26,516 nt of DNA from contig JBHGNT010000426.1 in NCBI GenBank assembly GCA_043228905.1, positions 1 through 26,516 of the forward strand, read 5' to 3'. Each line of letters begins with the position of its first letter. The stretch's first letter is position 1. Made by a program: the position numbers and the translations under genes. Source of the DNA: Azolla caroliniana (taxonomy: Eukaryota > Plantae > Polypodiophyta). A model generated the notes under the pieces. The model did not search any database. It was given only the letters and a program-made list of their open reading frames with translations, and was not told where the DNA came from. Below, one piece after another: positions 1 to 8,145 of the stretch.

Positions 1-656
1 CGTCGAGACATGCGGTGGCGGCGTTCGTCACCCTCTCGTCGCTCACGGCTGCTATCTCTCTCGCGCTCCTCGTCCTCTTCCTCCCAGCTACGGTGTTCCC
101 TTGATTGTTGGCCATGGCGTCGGCCTTCATCATTGCGTCGTTCCTCCTCGTCAGCATACAAGGCATCACGTAGGCGATCGCATCGATCTTCGGCGGGGAT
201 TCGTTCGACGTTCCTGCAGCACCGTTCCGAGGGTCTTGAGTATCGAGTGTTTTCGATCCATGGGGAGCGACGTCCTTGTTCACCTTCCTCTCTTTCGGAG
301 CGCTCTTGTAGCTCTCGGATCTGCTTGTCGATGAAATCACCGCACTCTCGCCTCAGTTCCTCGTCACGTGGCTCATCGCGACCACGGCTACGACGTTCCC
401 TTTCCTCTTCGGAGTCTCTCTTGTTGTCTCTGTAGCGGCGCCCCTCCTCAAGGAACCCCTCACGACGTCGCTCGCGCCTCTCGTCATCGCACTCCCCCTC
501 TCGGCGTCGATCGCGCCTCTCCTCGTCAATGTCTCCCTCACGACGTCGATCGCGTCGCTCCTCTTCACGGTCCCGCCCTACAGACCTAGCATTGGCCGCG
601 GTACACGCGGCGAGCATGATCACGGCCATGAGGAATACGGAAGTAAGCTTTGCCAT
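1..656 (-). CDS. 2S albumin-like seed storage protein precursor, 5' part (codons 1-218; 3' end outside window); W191 allele
   Basis: ATG at 656-654 in context GCAATGGC, identical to the 5' part of the full copies. Truncated by the window edge. Confidence 0.85.
   Translation of the reverse strand, partial: MAKLTSVFLMAVIMLAACTAANARSVGRDREEERRDRRREGDIDEERRDRRREGECDDERRERRREGFLEEGRRYRDNKRDSEEERERRSRGRDEPRDEELRRECGDFIDKQIRELQERSEREEGEQGRRSPWIENTRYSRPSERCCRNVERIPAEDRCDRLRDALYADEEERRNDEGRRHGQQSREHRSWEEEDEERERDSSRERREGDERRHRMSR
456..572 (-). repeat. Three imperfect 39-bp in-frame repeats (13 aa: DREEERRDRRREG / DIDEERRDRRREG / ECDDERRERRREG), residues 29-67; recurs in every unit at +1655n
   Basis: Visible in the translation and as repeated (c)cctc(a/t)cg(a/g)cgtcg(a/c)tcgcg on the + strand. 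Confidence 0.85.
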
Positions 657-722
657 TGCGATTGTCCTTATGATCCCGGTGCTTGTCTCCTAATGGATTG
701 TATTGACATTGCTCCCTCCACC

Positions 723-733
723 TTTAATATATA
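723..733 (-). promoter_or_regulatory. TATA box (TATATATTAAA), 67-77 bp upstream of ATG; recurs at +1655n
   Basis: AT island tttaatatata in GC-rich context, at the expected spacing for a short 5' UTR. Confidence 0.75.
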
Positions 734-741
734 CACATGGC

Positions 742-765
742 CATGCAATCAGAGCACATGCATGT
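742..765. promoter_or_regulatory. Paired RY/Sph elements: CATGCA (742-747) and CATGCATG (757-764); recurs at +1655n
   Basis: Exact RY motifs immediately upstream of the TATA box. RY is the established binding site of B3 seed regulators ABI3/VP1, FUS3 and LEC2. Confidence 0.8.
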
Positions 766-787
766 CACTCACCACTCCCATTACCAT

Positions 788-854
788 AACGTGTGTGTCC
801 TGCGTACAACTCTTGCCCAAGACCCATACCAACTAGTCCACCCTCCCACACGTC
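788..854. promoter_or_regulatory. Two ABRE-like ACGTGTG elements in opposite orientation (789-795 on +, 847-853 on -); recurs at +1655n
   Basis: aacgtgtg and ccacacgtc lie within 100 bp of the RY elements. The RY plus ACGT/bZIP combination is typical of seed storage protein promoters. Confidence 0.55.
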
Positions 855-1010
855 TAGGCTAGTCCTAGGTGTCGTATTGTCACCAGACAATCTGGGCGCA
901 ACCTGTAGCGGGTACTCCTCCTCCTCGCGCGAGAGCTTGTCGAGCAACATAACATTTATACATACATAGGTAAATGTGCGCACTCGCGCGTGCGCGTAGG
1001 GGTGTGCGGG

Positions 1011-1016
1011 CACGTG
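1011..1016. promoter_or_regulatory. G-box CACGTG (within GCACGTGC); recurs at +1655n
   Basis: Exact hexamer about 355 bp upstream of ATG. A short motif whose function is unproven. Confidence 0.4.
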
Positions 1017-1364
1017 CACATTAAACTAGAACGCGCTAGTGCCGAGACACTAAGCACGCGGAGGCTACTGCGGGACGAGTGGTGGCTCCCGAGTGTGCTA
1101 CATCGATGAACGTAGATAGACCGGTGTCCGTACTCGCTCGTTCGGACGGACGAGGGGTTGGTAACGACGACGACAAGGAAAGCTAACCGGACTACCACAC
1201 TAGGAGTGTCCTATCGGGCAAGTGTGGAAGCAAGTTCACATTCGCCGCGTGTACAAGTTGACCTTAGCCTTAGCCGTTGCCGTGGCGTGTGCGGTATGGG
1301 TGTCCTGCTTTGATGTTTTTTTTTCCGTTTGGGTGGTTTGCGGTCCCTATAGGCAAATTCTATG

Positions 1365-1426
1365 CGTTGGTGCTCGTGTTTACGTTCGTGTTGGAGGGAC
1401 GTTGGTGCTCGTGTTTACGTTCGTGT
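1365..1426. repeat. Exact 27-bp direct repeat cgttggtgctcgtgtttacgttcgtgt (1365-1391, 1400-1426; period 35); recurs at +1655n
   Basis: Read directly from the sequence, 100-160 bp downstream of the stop codon of the adjacent copy. Confidence 0.9.
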
Positions 1427-1525
1427 GGGTGTAATGCGCGATTGGGGAGACGCACTTGTTCGTAAACACTTACGAGAAATTAGAGAGAGACCACGAGAAT
1501 AATTTGAACAAGGTTTATGTACTAT

Positions 1526-2311
1526 TTAGAAGCGACGAATACAAGCACGAGGGCGAAGATCGCACTGTTGGAGTAGGCGGGAGGCGGCGACGCCTAGAGC
1601 TCTTTCCTCGTCATCGGCCTTGAATTGGCGACGTTGTTGACGTTCGTCCTCTTGTCGTCGAGACATGCGGTGGCGGCGTTCGTCACCCTCTCGTCGCTCA
1701 CGGCTGCTATCTCTCTCGCGCTCCTCGTCCTCTTCCTCCCAGCTACGGTGTTCCCTTGATTGTTGGCCATGGCGTCGGCCTTCATCATTGCGTCGTTCCT
1801 CCTCGTCAGCATACAAGGCATCACGTAGGCGATCGCATCGATCTTCGGCGGGGATTCGTTCGACGTTCCTGCAGCACCGTTCCGAGGGTCTTGAGTATCG
1901 AGTGTTTTCGATCCATGGGGAGCGACGTCCTTGTTCACCTTCCTCTCTTTCGGAGCGCTCTTGTAGCTCTCGGATCTGCTTGTCGATGAAATCACCGCAC
2001 TCTCGCCTCAGTTCCTCGTCACGTGGCTCATCGCGACCACGGCTACGACGTTCCCTTTCCTCTTCGGAGTCTCTCTTGTTGTCTCTGTAGCGGCGCCCCT
2101 CCTCAAGGAACCCCTCACGACGTCGCTCGCGCCTCTCGTCATCGCACTCCCCCTCTCGGCGTCGATCGCGCCTCTCCTCGTCAATGTCTCCCTCACGACG
2201 TCGATCGCGTCGCTCCTCTTCACGGTCCCGCCCTACAGACCTAGCATTGGCCGCGGTACACGCGGCGAGCATGATCACGGCCATGAGGAATACGGAAGTA
2301 AGCTTTGCCAT
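1526..2311 (-). CDS. 2S albumin-like (prolamin superfamily) Arg/Glu-rich seed storage protein precursor, 261 aa; W191 allele
   Basis: Hydrophobic N-terminal signal peptide ending in ANA (about residues 1-23). Cys skeleton C105...C146C147-x11-C159...C250-x6-C257. PSERCC and EN linker motifs. Plant-type ATG context. TATA and RY elements upstream. Confidence 0.88.
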   Translation of the reverse strand: MAKLTSVFLMAVIMLAACTAANARSVGRDREEERRDRRREGDIDEERRDRRREGECDDERRERRREGFLEEGRRYRDNKRDSEEERERRSRGRDEPRDEELRRECGDFIDKQIRELQERSEREEGEQGRRSPWIENTRYSRPSERCCRNVERIPAEDRCDRLRDALYADEEERRNDEGRRHGQQSREHRSWEEEDEERERDSSRERREGDERRHRMSRRQEDERQQRRQFKADDEERALGVAASRLLQQCDLRPRACIRRF

Positions 2312-3180
2312 TGCGATTGTCCTTATGATCCCGGTGCTTGTCTCCTAATGGATTGTATTGACATTGCTCCCTCCACCTTTAATATATACACATGGCCATG
2401 CAATCAGAGCACATGCATGTCACTCACCACTCCCATTACCATAACGTGTGTGTCCTGCGTACAACTCTTGCCCAAGACCCATACCAACTAGTCCACCCTC
2501 CCACACGTCTAGGCTAGTCCTAGGTGTCGTATTGTCACCAGACAATCTGGGCGCAACCTGTAGCGGGTACTCCTCCTCCTCGCGCGAGAGCTTGTCGAGC
2601 AACATAACATTTATACATACATAGGTAAATGTGCGCACTCGCGCGTGCGCGTAGGGGTGTGCGGGCACGTGCACATTAAACTAGAACGCGCTAGTGCCGA
2701 GACACTAAGCACGCGGAGGCTACTGCGGGACGAGTGGTGGCTCCCGAGTGTGCTACATCGATGAACGTAGATAGACCGGTGTCCGTACTCGCTCGTTCGG
2801 ACGGACGAGGGGTTGGTAACGACGACGACAAGGAAAGCTAACCGGACTACCACACTAGGAGTGTCCTATCGGGCAAGTGTGGAAGCAAGTTCACATTCGC
2901 CGCGTGTACAAGTTGACCTTAGCCTTAGCCGTTGCCGTGGCGTGTGCGGTATGGGTGTCCTGCTTTGATGTTTTTTTTTCCGTTTGGGTGGTTTGCGGTC
3001 CCTATAGGCAAATTCTATGCGTTGGTGCTCGTGTTTACGTTCGTGTTGGAGGGACGTTGGTGCTCGTGTTTACGTTCGTGTGGGTGTAATGCGCGATTGG
3101 GGAGACGCACTTGTTCGTAAACACTTACGAGAAATTAGAGAGAGACCACGAGAATAATTTGAACAAGGTTTATGTACTAT

Positions 3181-3966
3181 TTAGAAGCGACGAATACAAG
3201 CACGAGGGCGAAGATCGCACTGTTGGAGTAGGCGGGAGGCGGCGACGCCTAGAGCTCTTTCCTCGTCATCGGCCTTGAATTGGCGACGTTGTTGACGTTC
3301 GTCCTCTTGTCGTCGAGACATGCGGTGGCGGCGTTCGTCACCCTCTCGTCGCTCACGGCTGCTATCTCTCTCGCGCTCCTCGTCCTCTTCCTCCCAGCTA
3401 CGGTGTTCCCTTGATTGTTGGCCATGGCGTCGGCCTTCATCATTGCGTCGTTCCTCCTCGTCAGCATACAAGGCATCACGTAGGCGATCGCATCGATCTT
3501 CGGCGGGGATTCGTTCGACGTTCCTGCAGCACCGTTCCGAGGGTCTTGAGTATCGAGTGTTTTCGATCCATGGGGAGCGACGTCCTTGTTCACCTTCCTC
3601 TCTTTCGGAGCGCTCTTGTAGCTCTCGGATCTGCTTGTCGATGAAATCACCGCACTCTCGCCTCAGTTCCTCGTCACGTGGCTCATCGCGACCACGGCTA
3701 CGACGTTCCCTTTCCTCTTCGGAGTCTCTCTTGTTGTCTCTGTAGCGGCGCCCCTCCTCAAGGAACCCCTCACGACGTCGCTCGCGCCTCTCGTCATCGC
3801 ACTCCCCCTCTCGGCGTCGATCGCGCCTCTCCTCGTCAATGTCTCCCTCACGACGTCGATCGCGTCGCTCCTCTTCACGGTCCCGCCCTACAGACCTAGC
3901 ATTGGCCGCGGTACACGCGGCGAGCATGATCACGGCCATGAGGAATACGGAAGTAAGCTTTGCCAT
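3181..3966 (-). CDS. 2S albumin-like seed storage protein precursor, 261 aa; W191 allele
   Basis: Translation identical to 1526..2311. Confidence 0.88.
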   Translation of the reverse strand: MAKLTSVFLMAVIMLAACTAANARSVGRDREEERRDRRREGDIDEERRDRRREGECDDERRERRREGFLEEGRRYRDNKRDSEEERERRSRGRDEPRDEELRRECGDFIDKQIRELQERSEREEGEQGRRSPWIENTRYSRPSERCCRNVERIPAEDRCDRLRDALYADEEERRNDEGRRHGQQSREHRSWEEEDEERERDSSRERREGDERRHRMSRRQEDERQQRRQFKADDEERALGVAASRLLQQCDLRPRACIRRF

Positions 3967-4835
3967 TGCGATTGTCCTTATGATCCCGGTGCTTGTCTCC
4001 TAATGGATTGTATTGACATTGCTCCCTCCACCTTTAATATATACACATGGCCATGCAATCAGAGCACATGCATGTCACTCACCACTCCCATTACCATAAC
4101 GTGTGTGTCCTGCGTACAACTCTTGCCCAAGACCCATACCAACTAGTCCACCCTCCCACACGTCTAGGCTAGTCCTAGGTGTCGTATTGTCACCAGACAA
4201 TCTGGGCGCAACCTGTAGCGGGTACTCCTCCTCCTCGCGCGAGAGCTTGTCGAGCAACATAACATTTATACATACATAGGTAAATGTGCGCACTCGCGCG
4301 TGCGCGTAGGGGTGTGCGGGCACGTGCACATTAAACTAGAACGCGCTAGTGCCGAGACACTAAGCACGCGGAGGCTACTGCGGGACGAGTGGTGGCTCCC
4401 GAGTGTGCTACATCGATGAACGTAGATAGACCGGTGTCCGTACTCGCTCGTTCGGACGGACGAGGGGTTGGTAACGACGACGACAAGGAAAGCTAACCGG
4501 ACTACCACACTAGGAGTGTCCTATCGGGCAAGTGTGGAAGCAAGTTCACATTCGCCGCGTGTACAAGTTGACCTTAGCCTTAGCCGTTGCCGTGGCGTGT
4601 GCGGTATGGGTGTCCTGCTTTGATGTTTTTTTTTCCGTTTGGGTGGTTTGCGGTCCCTATAGGCAAATTCTATGCGTTGGTGCTCGTGTTTACGTTCGTG
4701 TTGGAGGGACGTTGGTGCTCGTGTTTACGTTCGTGTGGGTGTAATGCGCGATTGGGGAGACGCACTTGTTCGTAAACACTTACGAGAAATTAGAGAGAGA
4801 CCACGAGAATAATTTGAACAAGGTTTATGTACTAT

Positions 4836-5621
4836 TTAGAAGCGACGAATACAAGCACGAGGGCGAAGATCGCACTGTTGGAGTAGGCGGGAGGCGGCGA
4901 TGCCTAGAGCTCTTTCCTCGTCATCGGCCTTGAATTGGCGACGTTGTTGACGTTCGTCCTCTTGTCGTCGAGACATGCGGTGGCGGCGTTCGTCACCCTC
5001 TCGTCGCTCACGGCTGCTATCTCTCTCGCGCTCCTCGTCCTCTTCCTCCCAGCTACGGTGTTCCCTTGATTGTTGGCCATGGCGTCGGCCTTCATCATTG
5101 CGTCGTTCCTCCTCGTCAGCATACAAGGCATCACGTAGGCGATCGCATCGATCTTCGGCGGGGATTCGTTCGACGTTCCTGCAGCACCGTTCCGAGGGTC
5201 TTGAGTATCGAGTGTTTTCGATCCATGGGGAGCGACGTCCTTGTTCACCTTCCTCTCTTTCGGAGCGCTCTTGTAGCTCTCGGATCTGCTTGTCGATGAA
5301 ATCACCGCACTCTCGCCTCAGTTCCTCGTCACGTGGCTCATCGCGACCACGGCTACGACGTTCCCTTTCCTCTTCGGAGTCTCTCTTGTTGTCTCTGTAG
5401 CGGCGCCCCTCCTCAAGGAACCCCTCACGACGTCGCTCGCGCCTCTCGTCATCGCACTCCCCCTCTCGGCGTCGATCGCGCCTCTCCTCGTCAATGTCTC
5501 CCTCACGACGTCGATCGCGTCGCTCCTCTTCACGGTCCCGCCCTACAGACCTAGCATTGGCCGCGGTACACGCGGCGAGCATGATCACGGCCATGAGGAA
5601 TACGGAAGTAAGCTTTGCCAT
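4836..5621 (-). CDS. 2S albumin-like seed storage protein precursor, 261 aa; W191, private V241I variant
   Basis: Same ORF, with C>T at 4901 (gacgcc>gatgcc) changing GTC to ATC. Confidence 0.88.
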   Translation of the reverse strand: MAKLTSVFLMAVIMLAACTAANARSVGRDREEERRDRRREGDIDEERRDRRREGECDDERRERRREGFLEEGRRYRDNKRDSEEERERRSRGRDEPRDEELRRECGDFIDKQIRELQERSEREEGEQGRRSPWIENTRYSRPSERCCRNVERIPAEDRCDRLRDALYADEEERRNDEGRRHGQQSREHRSWEEEDEERERDSSRERREGDERRHRMSRRQEDERQQRRQFKADDEERALGIAASRLLQQCDLRPRACIRRF

Positions 5622-6490
5622 TGCGATTGTCCTTATGATCCCGGTGCTTGTCTCCTAATGGATTGTATTGACATTGCTCCCTCCACCTTTAATATATACA
5701 CATGGCCATGCAATCAGAGCACATGCATGTCACTCACCACTCCCATTACCATAACGTGTGTGTCCTGCGTACAACTCTTGCCCAAGACCCATACCAACTA
5801 GTCCACCCTCCCACACGTCTAGGCTAGTCCTAGGTGTCGTATTGTCACCAGACAATCTGGGCGCAACCTGTAGCGGGTACTCCTCCTCCTCGCGCGAGAG
5901 CTTGTCGAGCAACATAACATTTATACATACATAGGTAAATGTGCGCACTCGCGCGTGCGCGTAGGGGTGTGCGGGCACGTGCACATTAAACTAGAACGCG
6001 CTAGTGCCGAGACACTAAGCACGCGGAGGCTACTGCGGGACGAGTGGTGGCTCCCGAGTGTGCTACATCGATGAACGTAGATAGACCGGTGTCCGTACTC
6101 GCTCGTTCGGACGGACGAGGGGTTGGTAACGACGACGACAAGGAAAGCTAACCGGACTACCACACTAGGAGTGTCCTATCGGGCAAGTGTGGAAGCAAGT
6201 TCACATTCGCCGCGTGTACAAGTTGACCTTAGCCTTAGCCGTTGCCGTGGCGTGTGCGGTATGGGTGTCCTGCTTTGATGTTTTTTTTTCCGTTTGGGTG
6301 GTTTGCGGTCCCTATAGGCAAATTCTATGCGTTGGTGCTCGTGTTTACGTTCGTGTTGGAGGGACGTTGGTGCTCGTGTTTACGTTCGTGTGGGTGTAAT
6401 GCGCGATTGGGGAGACGCACTTGTTCGTAAACACTTACGAGAAATTAGAGAGAGACCACGAGAATAATTTGAACAAGGTTTATGTACTAT

Positions 6491-7276
6491 TTAGAAGCGA
6501 CGAATACAAGCACGAGGGCGAAGATCGCACTGTTGGAGTAGGCGGGAGGCGGCGACGCCTAGAGCTCTTTCCTCGTCATCGGCCTTGAATTGGCGACGTT
6601 GTTGACGTTCGTCCTCTTGTCGTCGAGACATGCGGTGGCGGCGTTCGTCACCCTCTCGTCGCTCACGGCTGCTATCTCTCTCGCGCTCCTCGTCCTCTTC
6701 CTCCCAGCTACGGTGTTCCCTTGATTGTTGGCCATGGCGTCGGCCTTCATCATTGCGTCGTTCCTCCTCGTCAGCATACAAGGCATCACGTAGGCGATCG
6801 CATCGATCTTCGGCGGGGATTCGTTCGACGTTCCTGCAGCACCGTTCCGAGGGTCTTGAGTATCGAGTGTTTTCGATCCATGGGGAGCGACGTCCTTGTT
6901 CACCTTCCTCTCTTTCGGAGCGCTCTTGTAGCTCTCGGATCTGCTTGTCGATGAAATCACCGCACTCTCGCCTCAGTTCCTCGTCACGTGGCTCATCGCG
7001 ACCACGGCTACGACGTTCCCTTTCCTCTTCGGAGTCTCTCTTGTTGTCTCTGTAGCGGCGCCCCTCCTCAAGGAACCCCTCACGACGTCGCTCGCGCCTC
7101 TCGTCATCGCACTCCCCCTCTCGGCGTCGATCGCGCCTCTCCTCGTCAATGTCTCCCTCACGACGTCGATCGCGTCGCTCCTCTTCACGGTCCCGCCCTA
7201 CAGACCTAGCATTGGCCGCGGTACACGCGGCGAGCATGATCACGGCCATGAGGAATACGGAAGTAAGCTTTGCCAT
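6491..7276 (-). CDS. 2S albumin-like seed storage protein precursor, 261 aa; W191 allele
   Basis: Translation identical to 1526..2311. Confidence 0.88.
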   Translation of the reverse strand: MAKLTSVFLMAVIMLAACTAANARSVGRDREEERRDRRREGDIDEERRDRRREGECDDERRERRREGFLEEGRRYRDNKRDSEEERERRSRGRDEPRDEELRRECGDFIDKQIRELQERSEREEGEQGRRSPWIENTRYSRPSERCCRNVERIPAEDRCDRLRDALYADEEERRNDEGRRHGQQSREHRSWEEEDEERERDSSRERREGDERRHRMSRRQEDERQQRRQFKADDEERALGVAASRLLQQCDLRPRACIRRF

Positions 7277-8145
7277 TGCGATTGTCCTTATGATCCCGGT
7301 GCTTGTCTCCTAATGGATTGTATTGACATTGCTCCCTCCACCTTTAATATATACACATGGCCATGCAATCAGAGCACATGCATGTCACTCACCACTCCCA
7401 TTACCATAACGTGTGTGTCCTGCGTACAACTCTTGCCCAAGACCCATACCAACTAGTCCACCCTCCCACACGTCTAGGCTAGTCCTAGGTGTCGTATTGT
7501 CACCAGACAATCTGGGCGCAACCTGTAGCGGGTACTCCTCCTCCTCGCGCGAGAGCTTGTCGAGCAACATAACATTTATACATACATAGGTAAATGTGCG
7601 CACTCGCGCGTGCGCGTAGGGGTGTGCGGGCACGTGCACATTAAACTAGAACGCGCTAGTGCCGAGACACTAAGCACGCGGAGGCTACTGCGGGACGAGT
7701 GGTGGCTCCCGAGTGTGCTACATCGATGAACGTAGATAGACCGGTGTCCGTACTCGCTCGTTCGGACGGACGAGGGGTTGGTAACGACGACGACAAGGAA
7801 AGCTAACCGGACTACCACACTAGGAGTGTCCTATCGGGCAAGTGTGGAAGCAAGTTCACATTCGCCGCGTGTACAAGTTGACCTTAGCCTTAGCCGTTGC
7901 CGTGGCGTGTGCGGTATGGGTGTCCTGCTTTGATGTTTTTTTTTCCGTTTGGGTGGTTTGCGGTCCCTATAGGCAAATTCTATGCGTTGGTGCTCGTGTT
8001 TACGTTCGTGTTGGAGGGACGTTGGTGCTCGTGTTTACGTTCGTGTGGGTGTAATGCGCGATTGGGGAGACGCACTTGTTCGTAAACACTTACGAGAAAT
8101 TAGAGAGAGACCACGAGAATAATTTGAACAAGGTTTATGTACTAT

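Noticed and set aside
10-589. Plus-strand ORFs of 141, 77 and 73 aa (and their copies in each unit)
   Set aside because: Antisense shadows of the GC-rich, low-complexity R/E coding strand (poly-Ser/Arg translation), with no promoter or domain evidence.
833-1040. Cluster of CTAG motifs (CTAGTC at 833 and 859; CTAG at 1026 and 1036 after a short hairpin) suggesting Helitron head-to-tail junctions
   Set aside because: The CTAG-TC sites lack an upstream GC hairpin, and the sites following the hairpin are not followed by TC. No Rep/helicase sequence is present.
1262-1275. ccttagccttagcc telomere-like motif
   Set aside because: Only two units and not a canonical TTTAGGG or TTAGGG repeat.
1316-1324. 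T9 tract (A9 on the coding strand) as a retrocopy poly(A) remnant
   Set aside because: Short, with no target-site duplication seen. The native-looking promoter is included in the unit and 2S albumin coding regions are commonly intronless.
1365-1426. CRISPR-like repeat-spacer-repeat
   Set aside because: Only two repeats with an 8-bp invariant spacer, in a eukaryotic context with no cas genes.
765-1465. Spacer ORFs of 84, 80, 70 and 62 aa
   Set aside because: Short, several rely on GTG or TTG starts that are not expected in a plant nuclear gene, they overlap promoter and 3' elements, and the Val-rich character just reflects GT-rich sequence.
1594-2223. Minus-strand 133-aa and 71-aa ORFs in an alternative frame inside the main CDS
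   Set aside because: Off-frame by-products of repetitive codon use, with no recognisable motif. Identity across copies is uninformative because the whole unit is identical.
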